The notes under the pieces were generated by a model, which saw only the letters and a list, made by a program, of their open reading frames with translations, was not told the origin of the DNA and made no database searches. DNA of 64,000 nt from the human T2T-CHM13v2.0 reference genome, Homo sapiens, in assembly GCF_009914755.1 (NCBI RefSeq), contig NC_060930.1; one strand, 5' to 3'. How positions within the stretch are numbered: position 1 is the stretch's first letter; every line of letters starts with the position of its first letter. This document shows positions 41,840-58,045 of this stretch, one piece after another. Made by a program: the position numbers and the translations under genes.

Positions 41840-42269
41840 TGATTTTATTCATTTTTGATTTCATGATGCCTTTGGCTTTGCACATAGTAGCAACACAAAA
41901 ATTGAATTGATTAGAAGGTCCAAGTCACTTTGAATACATGAATTCAACCTAGACATTTTTTGTATCTCAAGTATCTTAACTGGATGACTGGAGTTTCCCC
42001 GATGCTTTCTGAGCGCCTGCGTTCCTTCCAGGCCTGCTTCTTTGTCTGTATGTCTCCTGATGTCCTCTGAGCCCTGTCCGTCACTCCATGATAATGAGGT
42101 CACTTTAGGCAGCCTACTTCTTGGTCCTGAATTGTCACGACTACTCCACTACTTACTTGCTTCATTGGGTTTTGATTCACTGTTTTAGGAATGGAGGAAG
42201 AACCATGATTAGGTGGGCTGGTTATCAGGTTCGTCAATATTTTATTTTACTAAATACTCCCTGCTCTTT

Positions 42270-42482
42270 TGGGAGTTGGCAAACAACAGCCTGCAAGCCA
42301 AATCTGGCCCATCACCCTGCTTTTGTAAATAAAGTTTTATTGGAACAAGGCCATGTTCACTCATTCTCATATCCATGGCTGCTTTTGCAACAGGTTGAGT
42401 AGTTGCAACAGAGACCTTACGGCTGGCAAAGCCTGAAATTTTCTACCAAAAAATTTACAGAAAAAGTTTGCTGACCTCTACT
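42270..42482 (+). mobile_element. MER58A-like hAT MITE
   Basis: gttggcaaac...aataaagttttattggaaca...acagaaaaagtttgctgacc, with terminal inverted repeats. Confidence 0.75.
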
Positions 42483-42764
42483 CTAGAAGATCAGTTGATA
42501 AAATACAACAACGTTTTCATGCCCATCATTATTTTTCCTATTTCAATGAATAGCATGGAAACCAAGGTGAAGTAATTGAACTGAAGGGATTTCTGAATGA
42601 AGGATTCATGTGTTCATATGTTTAGACAAAATTACTCATTAGACTAGTTTTTAGGGAGTAATTTGCTGCTGTTAAACTACCTCTTCATATGAATAATTTT
42701 TTAAAAGAGCAGACACATATATACTTAAATAGGAAATAATTTTGAATTTAATAACTTCATGTTC

Positions 42765-43965
<1,201 letters not shown>

Positions 43966-44935
43966 TAAAAACAAAAAAAGAACAAAGCTGGAGGACTCAC
44001 GCTTCCAGATCTCAAAACTTACTACAAAGCTACAGTAATCAAAACAGTGTGGTACTGATATAAAGACGGACATATAGACCAATGGAATAGAATAGAAAGC
44101 CTAGAAATAAAGCCATGCACATATGGTCAAATGATTTTTGAGAAGGGTGCTAAGACCATTCAGTAGGGAAAGGATAGTTTTTTCAACAAATGGCACTGGG
44201 AAAACTGGATATCCACATACAAAAGAAAAAAGTTGGCTTATTTCTTAGCCAACTTTTTTCTTAGTTACCTTATTTCACTTAGCAAGTGCTAAGTGAAATA
44301 AGGTAAGCCAGACCCTTACCTAACAACATATATAAAAATTAACCCAAAATGCATCAAAGACCTAAAGATAAGAGCTCTTGTTTTCTTAGAATAAAATGGG
44401 GAAGCTGGGCGTGGTGGCTTACACCTGTAATTTCAGCACTTTGGAAGGCCCAGGTGGGTGGATTGCTTGACCCCAGGAGTTCGAGACCAGCCTAGACAAC
44501 ATGGTGAAACCCCATCTCTACGGAAAAAAAAAAAAAAAAAAAAAAATTAGCTGAGCATGGTGGTCCACGCCTGTGGTCCCAGCTACTTGGGAGGCTGAGG
44601 TGGGAGGATCATTTGAATCTATGGTGAGCCAAGATCGCGCCACTGCACTCCAGCCTGGGTGATGGAGCAAAGACCCTGTCTCAAATCAGTCAATCAATCA
44701 GGGGGAAAGATTCACGACATTGGATCTGCTAATGATTTCTTAGCTATGACAGCAAAGGCACAGGGAACAAAATAAAAAATAGAAAAATTGGACATCATCA
44801 AAATGAAAAACTTTTGTGCATCAAAGGACACTATTAACAAAATAAAAAGGTAAGCAACAGAATGAGAGAAAATATTTTCAGATCACATATCTGATAAGAG
44901 ATTAACATCTAGAATATATAGAGAGCTCCTAGAGC
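43966..44935 (+). mobile_element. Inverted 5' segment of the same L1M, interrupted by an Alu at 44403-44700
   Basis: Plus-strand ORF2 sequence (aacaaagctggaggactcac...atatctgataag) ends where the minus segment begins in L1 coordinates. Confidence 0.8.
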
Positions 44936-45358
44936 CTATATTCATTTTTTTAGAGAAAATCCAAAGGATGCTGAAAAGCAGTTTAGACCTTCTTGCCCCA
45001 GGTACTCACCAAACCTGAACCAGTCACCCTCGGCCTTGAGTGTATGTCAGTGGAAGACTTACTGCCCAGAGTGTCTGCCTGATAGGACATGGGTAGCTTC
45101 ATTAAAGGGAAAAGGTATTGTTCTCTTCTGTCACTAAGCAGAAGAGTAATGTCTGGTGGCAGAAGGATGCCGGATAGGGGATGCTTCTTGCCCACAGGAT
45201 TGTAAATCTTCTGTTAGTAATTGTTGCTCCCTGGAAGGCACTGGTTGCTGATTCACAGTCCTGCTCTGTGTCTTCTTTCATCCTGGGACAGTGGCTTGGA
45301 GCCAGTGCTATCTTAGCTCAAATTTTCCTAAGGACTAAAATATGCTTAAAATGGCTCT

Positions 45359-45734
<376 letters not shown>

Positions 45735-46908
45735 TCAAACTTTTAGAGAGATTTTCCATTTTGAATATGTGAACTATAGATTGGTTTAAAACTGTGTTGT
45801 CCAACACCCACTCTAACCCCTGGTTTTGCTCACCTTTCTTTAGCATTTAGAGAAAACTCAAACTTCAGTGTGGGTCAACCCTCAGGACTGTGACTTACAG
45901 TGGCACAGGTCGGACACTGCACAAGGGAGCCACTTGTATAAGGGGATATTGTTCAAATACCCACTTATATCGTGTATTGATTGTGATGATTGTTTATGTC
46001 AGATACAGCAAAGTGTATTGTTCTAACAAGATCCATATATTATGACAGATTTCCTGGGGGTGGGCATAAGGCCTGTTGAGGAAGGGGCACATTTGCCCAG
46101 TTCCCATGGAGGCTCCGTTTAGATAGCCCCACCTGTGCTTTTCTTTGGTGGCACTTGGAACTCCAGGGTATAGTTTCTTACACAGGATGTTATTCCTACT
46201 CCACAGGCACCAGCAGAGAGGTGGCCAGAGGGAAGGCCGCCTTTCTCCTGACTGCCTGTCTGTAGCACCCACAGCGTGACCCATGCTGTGTGGGTGTGCA
46301 TGACCTTCTGCACACAGGGCTGCTGTGGGGCCTTTCGGTGGAGGAGGGATTTGCTGATCCTGCTTTGAAAGAGGCCTAACCACACTGATGATGCAGTTCA
46401 GGACCTGAAAACCCTCAGCCAGCTACGAGCAACACGACTTGGCGGGCTGATGGAGTCACTGTGGGACATTCCAGGGAGTCTGCCCTGTGTCCTCTTTCCC
46501 CGTGAACCAAGTCACCCAGGAGAGAAGAGTTGGAGCAACAGGGCCCGCATCTGCTGCAGGAATTGCAGTCCAGGGCACTGGTATGGTTGGGGGTTAGCGT
46601 CCTCAACTGACACCATGACAGAGCCCAGTTTGAGATGGTCATCCATGTATAGGGATTTGTATCGGTAGCTGAAATAAGCTGCTTCATCCCTATTATTTCT
46701 AGGCTGAGAAATGGATGCATAGATGGATAATGACTTGTCACAGACATGCCAGCTTCAGGGGCAGGACTGGTGTTTGAGCCACACGCGGCGGATCTTACTC
46801 CCCGCTGCCTCAATCTATAGTTTGTGTGAATCCTCACAGTGCTGTGAGCCCTGCTGTGGGTAGAGGTTGTGACTCACTTATTCTTTTTTTATTATTATTT
46901 ATTTTTTA

Positions 46909-47603
<695 letters not shown>

Positions 47604-47818
47604 TCAAGCAGTCCTCCCACCTCAGCCTCCCAAAGTGCTGGGATTACAGGTATGAGCCACCACACCCGGCGTCACTTATTCTTATCTCTCTCGAAGTACC
47701 TGTGTGTATTGCACTTAATTAATGTGAATGAATTAATGAAATTACATGTAAGCTAAATTGTGCAAAACCAATGACCTTGTGTTAATACACATTTGGTTGT
47801 ACAGCTCAAATGAAGTAA

Positions 47819-48165
<347 letters not shown>

Positions 48166-48385
48166 TGTTGTATTTATAAGCACCACCTCTTATATGGCAA
48201 GCCCTCTTCTGGGTACCAGGGACAGCGAGATGCAGAAGATGAGGCCATGTCCTCAAAAAGGGGAGAGACAGATGCATATTGATTACAGTGGAGTCAGAGG
48301 AGTTTTAGTGCAGGCGTGCACAGTAACCACAATGGGGCCAGCCTGGTGAGGACAGTCATGGAATCCCTGTGAATGAACTCTTAGA

Positions 48386-48980
48386 AGGGTCATGGAGGAG
48401 GTGAGCTGGGGTGTAGATGAAGGAGGTGAGCTGGGGTGTAGATGAAGGAGTGTGAGCTGGGGTGTAGATGAAGGGCTGTCTAGGGGAGGAGCCGTGGGAA
48501 GAGGGTCATGGAGGAGTGTGAGCTGGGGTGTAGATGAAGGAGTGTGAGCTGGGGTGTAGATGAAGGAGTGTGAGCTGGGGTGTAGATGAAGGAGTGTGAG
48601 CTGGGGTGTAGATGAAGGAGTGTGAGCTGGGGTGTAGATGAAGGGCTGTCTGGGGGAGGAGCCGTGGGAAGAGGGTCATGGAGGAGTGTGAGCTGGGGTG
48701 TACATGAAGGAGTGTGAGCTGGGGTGTAGATGAAGGAGTGTGAGCTGGGGTGTAGATGAAGGAGTGTGAGCTGGGGTGTAGATGAAGGAGTGTGAGCTGG
48801 GGTGTAGATGAAGGGCTGTCTGGGGGAGGAGCCGTGGGAAGAGGGTCATGGAGGAGTGTGAGCTGGGGTGTACATGAAGGACTGTCTGGGGGGAGGAGCC
48901 ATGGGGAGAGGGTCATGGAGGAGTGTGAGCTGGGGTGTAGATGAAGAGCTGTTCTGGGGGGGAGGAGGCGTGGGGAGAGG
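48386..48980. repeat. G-rich VNTR: 26-bp unit (gaaggagtgtgagctggggtgtagat) with ~40-bp spacers, 170-bp higher-order unit
   Basis: 15 copies of gagctggggt in blocks of 3,5,5,1,1, separated by ggctgtctgggggaggagccgtgggaagagggtcatg. Confidence 0.95.
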
Positions 48981-49104
48981 CACAAGGCCTGGAGTGGGCA
49001 CAGGCAGCTGGGAGGCTCTGTTTGACTGGGGCTGAGCGAAGGAGATGGGGGTGGCAGAAAGGGACAGTGGAGAGGCAGGTAGTCACTCAAGCACCCGCGG
49101 CCTC

Positions 49105-49385
49105 TGGATTTGCCTCCTGGGGCTGCAGTAACAGAGTGCCACAACCTGGGGATCCTCCAACAACAGAAATGTATCATCTCCCAGTTCTGGAGGCTGGTAG
49201 GCCGAAATTGAGGTGTCAGTGGGGCCATGCTTCCTCTGCTGGTGCTAGGGTAGAGCGCTGCCTCCCTCTTCCTGCTTCTAGTGGGTCTCAGCAATTACCC
49301 CAGTCTCTGCCCTGATGGTCACGGGGCTGTCTCCACATTGTCTCCCCTCTGTGCCCATCTGCCTGTGTGTCTAGATTCCCCCTTC
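49105..49385. mobile_element. MaLR LTR fragment (MLT1A/C-like)
   Basis: ggctgcagtaacagagtgccacaa...aacaacagaaatgtatcatctcccagttctggaggctg. Confidence 0.7.
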
Positions 49386-49391
49386 CCTTCT

Positions 49392-49955
<564 letters not shown>

Positions 49956-50280
49956 AAGAGGGGGGGAAAAGAAGTTACTCAGCTTTCTGGGACATGGTTG
50001 TTGGTTTCCAGGTGGTCGTTTCCCCCCGGCTTTGTATTAGGAAAATGTTCGAATAGAAGCAGAGCGGTGACCCCATGTCTGTACAGCCCTCGACTATCCC
50101 CGTTTTGGTCTTGTCCCCACCCGCTCCCCACCCTAAGTTATATTTGTACACTTTTTCTGACTTCCTGCAGGCTTTTTAGGCAAGTTGTGGTACAAAATCC
50201 GTTTTGTCACTTGTAGACGTTGTGACTTTGGGCCCATGACACCTTATCCCTGAGCCTCGCTTTTCATTTATAAAATTGGG

Positions 50281-50758
<478 letters not shown>

Positions 50759-51149
50759 CTAAAGTCACTCGCCAGCCAGACCGGGCAGGGTGGTGGGGGC
50801 CCTTGGTCCAAAACACCTGCCTCTCGAGGGATGCCTGTCTGTGAGCATCTCACAGCTCCTTGCGCGAATACTGACATGTTAACAAGAGGTCAAAATTCAG
50901 GGCTCTTTAAGGAAGCTTCTAGGAAGAAACAACTGAGGAATCAAAGAGAAGAAGTGAAATGACAGTCAACAGTGGGCTGGTAAAAGCCACACAGGGCAGT
51001 GCTGCTCCAACTTCCTTGAGTTCTCAAATCTGCCCGGATCTTGCTCCAATGGGATTGGGGCTCTGCAGGCTGGAGGCTGCCTGGGGCTCTGTGTCTCTAG
51101 CAACCCCTGCCCTGCTGAGAGCAACAGCCCACAACTGGGGCAGTGAGGC

Positions 51150-51220
51150 AGGGGGCAGAGTGGGACCTGCGGGTCCCCCTGCATGCTTTCATATGTCCTG
51201 TGAACTAAGAGTGGGTTTTA

Positions 51221-51263
<43 letters not shown>

Positions 51264-51700
51264 TTGAGATGGAGTCTCATTCTATCTCCCAGGCTGGAGT
51301 GCAGTGGTGTAATCTGGGCTCACTGCAACCTTTGCCTCTTGAGTTCAGCCTCCCGAGTAGCTGCGATTACAAGCGTGTGACCTCATGCCCGGCTAGGCTA
51401 ATCTTTGTATTTTTAGTAGAGACGAGGTTTCATCATGTTGGCCAGGCTAGTCTCGAACTTCTGGCCTCAAGTGATCCGCCTGCCTCAGCCTCCCAAAGTG
51501 CTGGGATTACAGATGTGAGCCACCACACCTGGCCGGGTTTTACATTTTTAAATGGTTAAAAAAAAAACAAAAGAATAATCTTTGTGACACATTCAAATTT
51601 CAGTGCCCATGAAGTTTCGTGGGAACGGGCACGCCTGCCCTTTATTACTGTCTGTGGCTGCTGTCATAGGGCGGAATTGAGCAGCTGTGACGGGCCCCTC
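51150..51700 (+). mobile_element. MER58B-like hAT MITE, interrupted by a reverse Alu (51218-51534, (TTA)n tail)
   Basis: tgtgaactaagagtgggtttt|Alu|ttttacatttttaaatggtt...ttcaaatttcagtg matches the recalled consensus. Confidence 0.65.
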
Positions 51701-52100
51701 CCTGGGGCCAGCACAGTGCAACGTTCCCTCTCCAGCCTTGACCCAGGCCCCGCCTGTGCCCCGCGTCGCTGCAGCCGGCAGGGGGCAGCAGAAAGCCACG
51801 CGCACGCCCGGTCCGTGCAGGAGCCGCAGCGGGGACGCGGGGGATTTGCGACCCGGGCCGAAGCGGAGGTTTCCTAGCTGGGGTCTGAGATGTGGACCTG
51901 AGGCAGAACTGCCCGTGGGGGATAGCAGGAGGAGACGAGGTGGGGGTGACAGTAATCGTGCAGGCAGGGCCGGCCTCACCGGGTAGGCAGGGCAATAAGG
52001 GACAATTGGTTTGCTGGAGTGAAAGGGCAAGGCCTGCAGGCGGAGGGGTGACCCCGCAGGGTGGGGCACCCCGGAAGCCACGTGGGCCTGGACTTCAGAC
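51690..52100. promoter_or_regulatory. Intronic CpG-rich patch with CTCF-like motif (ccggcagggggcagc, 51775-51789)
   Basis: Visible CpG cluster at 51750-51870 in otherwise CpG-poor DNA; close match to the CTCF core CCRSYAGRKGGCRS; GC boxes. Confidence 0.5.
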
Positions 52101-52211
52101 CACGCCATAGGGAGTCACTGAAGGGTTCCAGGTGGTAGTGTGATAGCCTCAGATTCTCTAAGAGGGATGTGGCTTTTTGGTGACTGTGCCTCAGGATACT
52201 GTTGCCACAAC

Positions 52212-52955
52212 CAGGGACAGAGTGACAGTGAGGGCTGTAAGGCCACATAGGGCAGGAGGGACCTGGGGACAGGGTGACAGTGAGGGCTGTAAGGCCACAT
52301 AGGGCAGGAGGGACCCAGGGCAGGGTGACAGTGAGGGCTGTAAGGCCACATAGGGCAGGAGGGACCTGGGGACAGGGTGACAGTGAGGGCTATAAGGCCA
52401 CATAGGGCAGGAGGGACCTGGGGACAGGGTGACAGTGAGGGCTGTAAGGCCACATAGGGCAGGAGGGACCCGGGGCAGGGTGACAGTGAGGGCTGTAAGG
52501 CCACATAGGGCAGGAGGGACCCGGGGCAGGGTGACAGTGAGGGCCGTAAGGCCACATAGGGCAGGAGGGACCCGGGGCAGGGTGACAGTGAGGGCTGTAA
52601 GGCCACGTAGGACAGGAGGAACCCGGGGCAGGGTAACACTGAGGGCCGTAAGGTCACATAGGGCAGCGGGGGGGGACCTGGGGGCAGGGTAACAGTGAGA
52701 TCTGGAAAGTCACATAGAGCAGGAGGGACTCGGGGCAGGGTGACAGTGAGGGCTGTAAGGTCACATAGACCTGGGGACAGGGTGACAGGGCTGTAAGGTC
52801 ACATAGACCTGGGGACAGGGTGACAGTGAGGGCTGTAAGGTCACATAGACCTGGGGACAGGGTGATAGGTGAGGGCTGTAAGGCCACGTAGGGCATGGGG
52901 GACCCAGGAACAGGGTGACAGTGATGGCTGTAAGGCCACATAGGGCAGGGGGATC
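52212..52955. repeat. G-rich VNTR, ~51-52-bp unit, about 15 copies, degenerating at the 3' end
   Basis: agggtgacagtgagggctgtaaggccacatagggcaggagggacc(t/c)gggg(a)c recurs at 52271, 52322, 52374, 52426, 52477, 52528, 52579 and onward. Confidence 0.95.
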
Positions 52956-54370
52956 CAGAGACAGGAGCACCCTGTGGTATATTGCCGCCCGCAGACTGCT
53001 GTGCACCAGCTGTCTCCCAGGTCTGTGCTCGCCCCAGGATGGGCAGGATGAGCAGCGTGGCTGTTTTTCTCTTGCTTCCATGGCCAGCACACTGCAGTCA
53101 GGCTGTTTTTTGCTTGGACCTGGATGTTTTCTCTCAGGGGGCTCCTGCAGGTGCTAGCTTTGGTCCCTGACCAGCTGGTCCTACTAGTTGAGTGCCCGGG
53201 CTTCAGGCAAGACTGTGTTGTACCTTTTCATTCTGTCTTAGGGAAGTATTTCTTAATGGGGAGGGGAAGGGTCACAGGTGCCTTATAGAATCCTGTGAAA
53301 GCCAGATGTCCCCCAGATGAACCCCAGAAAATGCACACAGGCAGGTGGACTCGGAACTTTAGCCATGATTTCAAAGACTCCTGCACTCGCTATGGCCAGC
53401 CTGGCTAAGGACCCTGACCTAGGGGCTGCCTTCTTCCTTTGAGGCTTGGGGCTTGGTGTTGAGAGCTTAACATCACATGCTATTTGCCCTCCCAAAGGCC
53501 AGCCCATCTGATTTTCTTACTGTCCGTGTCCTTCAGTGGGTCTTATGGAAGTGATGTTTCCATATGTAAATGGTTTTTTTGGAATGGCTGAAATCCCCCA
53601 AGCTTCGGCACAGGAGCTAGACTGCCTCCCAGGGTGGCAGGCCCGGTGTTCTGGTCTGTGTATTGGGCAGAGTGGAGCCCTCTGGGAACCTCCCTTAGCA
53701 GGAGAATGCTGCTTCCTTCCCAGCCCCCTGCTGGACGAGGACTGGTCTCTTCCTATGCATTTGGCCAGGGAACACTGTGTTCACAGAACTGGGAACATGC
53801 TGAGTTTTATTTCTGGCGTCTTAACACATCATAAAAACCTCTTTTCTTGAAACAAAAAGAGTACTATATCAGATGCAGTCTTATTTAGGAAATTATTAGC
53901 CTCTGTAACTAGAAATAAGTAGATTACAGTTTTTAAAAGATTAATTTAATCTTCATCACAAGGCAAGCTTACAGGAATAGATTCATTCCATTATGAAATG
54001 TTTCCAAAGGACGAATGGAAGATTTAGAAAATCTAATCCAATATCAACTTTTAATAAAAGTAGTCATTCCCAACAATTATGGTTTCATAATGTGTGTGTA
54101 TGTTTAAATGACTTTAGGAGAGTATAATTTCCATAACATAAAATGTGTCTTTTCAGTCTACAATGCAATGATTTTGAGTAAATTTACAAAGTTGTACAAC
54201 CATCTCTACACTCTAATTTTGGAACATTTCTATCACCTCAAAATGATCTCTTACTTTTTAATCACAAGAAATGATACTAGAGAAAATAATTTTAATCTAC
54301 TATTTCCTGTATTTACATTAGCTAAGTGCTATTCTTAATAATAAACGCCCTCTATGGATATCTCTCGCAG

Positions 54371-54422
54371 GCAAACATGAGACAGTTGGAGGGCAGCTCT
54401 TGCAATCTTATCAGAAGCTGAG
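54371..54422 (+). CDS. SYTL3: SYTL3 coding exon 4
   Basis: tctctcgcag| acceptor, AG|gtgagt donor. Encodes (G)KHETVGGQLLQSYQKL(S). Phase-compatible with exons 3 and 5. Confidence 0.93.
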
Positions 54423-55461
54423 GTGAGTGTTACAAAGGACAGACCGTCCCTGGCCCTCCGGGGCAGGAGCGCAGAGGACACTCTGCAAGAACTTATAGGT
54501 CTCTTGACTTTCACATGTCACTGCTTTGGAATGTGACTCTTTTTTTTTTTTTCTTTTAAAGATAAAGTTCCTGAAAAAGATTAAAGCAGAGATGTTTCCA
54601 GATTCTCATGAGAAACCTTCTAGTTAGCATAGTATTTTCTCACTAGACATTCAGCTCTACTTCTTAAATTCTCCTGAAGTGTTATAAGGAAACTAAATAT
54701 TATGTTTAATTGCACTTAAGTGAAATTCTAAAGCAAGCATGTGCTTTGATTAATCATGCCTATCTCTAACACCCTACCCAGCACCTGGCGCGTTAGAGAT
54801 ACTGGTGAAATAAACATTGATAGAATTGAATAATGGCCTGAGAGATGTGAACTTCTTTGCACAAAATTCTAAAAACTGATCAGTCATGAAGCTGGCCATA
54901 ATTCACACACCTGATTACACTCAATTTATTAAAGTGTTTCTGAAAGCTCCCCACCAGCTGCTATTTTGTTTGGCCCATGGTGAAATTTTCCAATATCGAG
55001 ACTTTTTCATTTTTTTCCTCCCCTGTTCTTTCCCATTTCTTTTAGCACAAGCTTCCAGTTTGCTTCGTGGTTGATTCTCACATCCACAACATTTTTGGCG
55101 CTTCTGCTGGTGTGGTTTGTGCTAAGAGAACACGGGAGCGCAGATGGGAACCAGGGGTTTCCCCACAGCCAGGTGGCAGGTCCAGGCCGGAGCACCCAGG
55201 CTGTTTCAGAACACATGACTGAGTGGGGCGGAGTACCCAGACTTTAGGCAGCATTGCCCTCATATAGATACCAGGAAATCATGCCCCTCGTAGAGCAGCA
55301 GGTCCAAGCAGGGCTGCTGGCTATTTTTCCAAAAAGTGAGGCAGTTTAAAAAAAAGGCGGAGAACTAGAATTATAGAATAATGGCACATTTTGTGTATTT
55401 GTAAAACTAACGGCTTGCATGGTTCACAACCCATTTCTTATGCCTGTGTTTTCCTTGGCAG

Positions 55462-55531
55462 CAAAATTTCTGTGGTTCCTCCTACTCCACCTCCTGTCAG
55501 CGAGAGCCAGTGCAGCCGCAGTCCTGGCAGG
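55462..55531 (+). CDS. SYTL3: SYTL3 coding exon 5
   Basis: ttttccttggcag| acceptor, AGG|gtaacg donor. Encodes KISVVPPTPPPVSESQCSRSPGR. Confidence 0.93.
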
Positions 55532-56021
55532 GTAACGTATCCATTCTGGGCACTTCTCTAGTAGGGGTCAGGGGATAGAAGGAGAGGAAGCAGGGGAGCT
55601 TTCGAGGCTGAGGCCGGGCACGGAACCTCCCAGCAAAGGGATCTGACTGTGCCTGGAGCGGGTCACAAAGCGGGGTGGGGAGCGAGGGCCCTCAGGCTGG
55701 GCAGAGCTTCTCTCCTCATTCTGGTCGCGGGACCCTCTGTGTCATCAGCGACCCTTTCTGCCTGCACCCAAGGTCTCTTTACTCTTGGCATGGCATCGGC
55801 CCCCTTCCCCAACTCTGCTCTGTGCTGGGCGTGTGTGTAGAGTCTCTGGGGTCTAAGGGGAAATAAGATTGGTTAACGTGTGTGTGAGTGGGAGTGTCTC
55901 TTTTGAGTGTTTGCAGGCTCTGATGTACAGTGGACCAGCACCATTTCTGTCCAAAGAAATTAGCTGTGTGATCTTGGGGCAGTTACCTGGGTTTCCCACC
56001 TGAGAGGTGGAAATAATTATA

Positions 56022-56644
56022 CAGGTGCTGCTTGACTTATGATGAGGTTATGTCCCAATACGCCCAAAGTAAATTGAAAATACTGTAAGTCAAAAATATA
56101 TTTAGCTAGGCGCGGTGGCTCACGCCAGCACTTTGGGAGGCCGAGGTGGGTCACTTGAGGATAGGAGTTCGAGACCAGCCTGGCCAACATGGTGAAACCC
56201 TGTCTCTACTAAAAATACAAAAATTAGCTGGTCATGGTGGCAGGCACCTGTAGTCCCAGCTACTCTGGAGGCTGAGGCAGGAGAATTGCTTGAGCCTTGG
56301 AGGTGGAGGTTGCAGTGAGCCAAGTGCCACCGCCCTCCAGCCTGGGCAACAGAGCAAGACTCCATCTCAAAAAAAATAAATTGTATTTAATACACACCTA
56401 ACCTACCAAACATCATAGCATAGCCTAGCCTGCCTTAAAAGTGCTCCGAACACTTGCGTTAGCCTACAGTTGGGCAGAATCATTTAATGCAGAGCCTATT
56501 TTATAATAATAAAAATGTTATTAATAATACAAAATAGAAAAGATCAAAATGCAAAGTACGGTTTCTACTGAATATATATTGCTTTCACACCATCATCAAG
56601 TCAGAAAATTGTAAGTCAAACCATCGTAAGTCAGGGAGTGTCTA
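56022..56644 (+). mobile_element. TcMar-Tigger MITE (MER47A-like), interrupted by an Alu at 56105-56380
   Basis: caggtgctgcttgacttatgatgagg ... ccatcgtaagtcagggagtgtct inverted termini with TA flanks. Confidence 0.7.
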
Positions 56645-57943
56645 TATTTGTATATGTCGTCTATATTTGTATGGCTGTTGTGAGAAATTAACAAAATAAT
56701 GTCTGTGTTGGTACTTGGAAAACCGTAAAGTGCCATGGAAATATATTGTCTTGGTTATCTTCATTATTCTATAAATTAAAGGGGGCAGGTATATATGGGA
56801 GAATATGGGAGCTGATCATAATCCCAGAAGACATAGTCCTGAGTGCTATCATCCTGAATGTTGGAATCCTGAAAGATCAAAATCCCAAAAATATAATTCT
56901 AGAAAATCTAAAAATGATTTTGAAGAAATTTATTTAAAAAATTTAAAGGGGATTTGAGAAACATGTAAAAACATGACAACAGCCTGGGCAACATAGCAAG
57001 ACCCTATCTACAAAAAATAAAAAAATTAGCTGGATGTGGTAGCACATGCCTGTAGGCTCAGCTACTCAGGAGGCTGAGGGAAGAGGATCCCTTGAGCCCA
57101 GGAGGCCAAGGCTACAGTGAGCCATGATTGCGCCAATGCGTTCCAGCCTGGGCAACAGAGCGCGACTGTCTCTAAACAAACAAACTAAAAACAAAAACCA
57201 TGACAGAACACTTCACTGGCCACTTTACACAATAAATAGGCAAAAACAGCATGCATATTTTTGCAAGCATAAACACTCAGATATACTAATGACAGTCACA
57301 TGGGTATAACAATTATGAACAGATGAACCATATTCATAAAGAAATACATCAGAAAGGGAAGTGTAGAAATACACATTACTATGGCTGGTATTGTGTGCAT
57401 CCAGCTTTGTAACTGAAATATTGTCATGAACAGCAGTATTTTTCAAACAGTCATTTGATGAGATGGATCAAAAACCGCCATGGGTCACCATTGCATATAC
57501 AGTCACCCAAACAGCTGAGATCTCAAGAAATTTTATCTTTTGCAAATACAGATGTACAAAAAGGAGATCTCTTCCCTTAGGAAATATCAACATCTTTATG
57601 TACATGTCAGAGTCATGGTGTGATGACGTACTTTGAAGCATGGAGTCAGTTTTCAAAAAAAAAAAATGCATAACACAAATTAAAACTCTAAAAGTGTCTG
57701 TAATTTTTACCTCCAGCATGGGACATGATGAGAACGTGAACTACACAGCATAGCAAACTGTGCTGTGTGTGAAGGGGCAGAATTCATACACAACTAAACT
57801 AAATAATTTGGCAGCAGAGATTTCTTGTATTTTTTTTGCCTGTGTTTTTACTTCTAAGATCTTTGAAACACTTGCTGCACTTGTATTTGGAGAGTGGTTG
57901 TGGTCTAAGCTTTTTTTTTTTTTTTGCTTTTTTCTTTTTTTGA

Positions 57944-58045
<102 letters not shown>

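Noticed and set aside
48386-48980. Repeat-spacer periodicity resembling a CRISPR array
   Set aside because: The spacers are themselves near-identical repeats, there are no cas genes, and the context is a primate intron. It is a minisatellite.
48506-49294. 262-aa His/Pro/Ser-rich repeat ORF on the - strand
   Set aside because: It is a read-through of the C-rich VNTR strand with an MLT1-derived start; no splice or coding signature.
52115-53090. Multiple repetitive ORFs (PYVALQPSLSPCPG..., VTVRAVRPHRAGG...)
   Set aside because: Frame artefacts of the 51-bp (multiple of three) VNTR unit.
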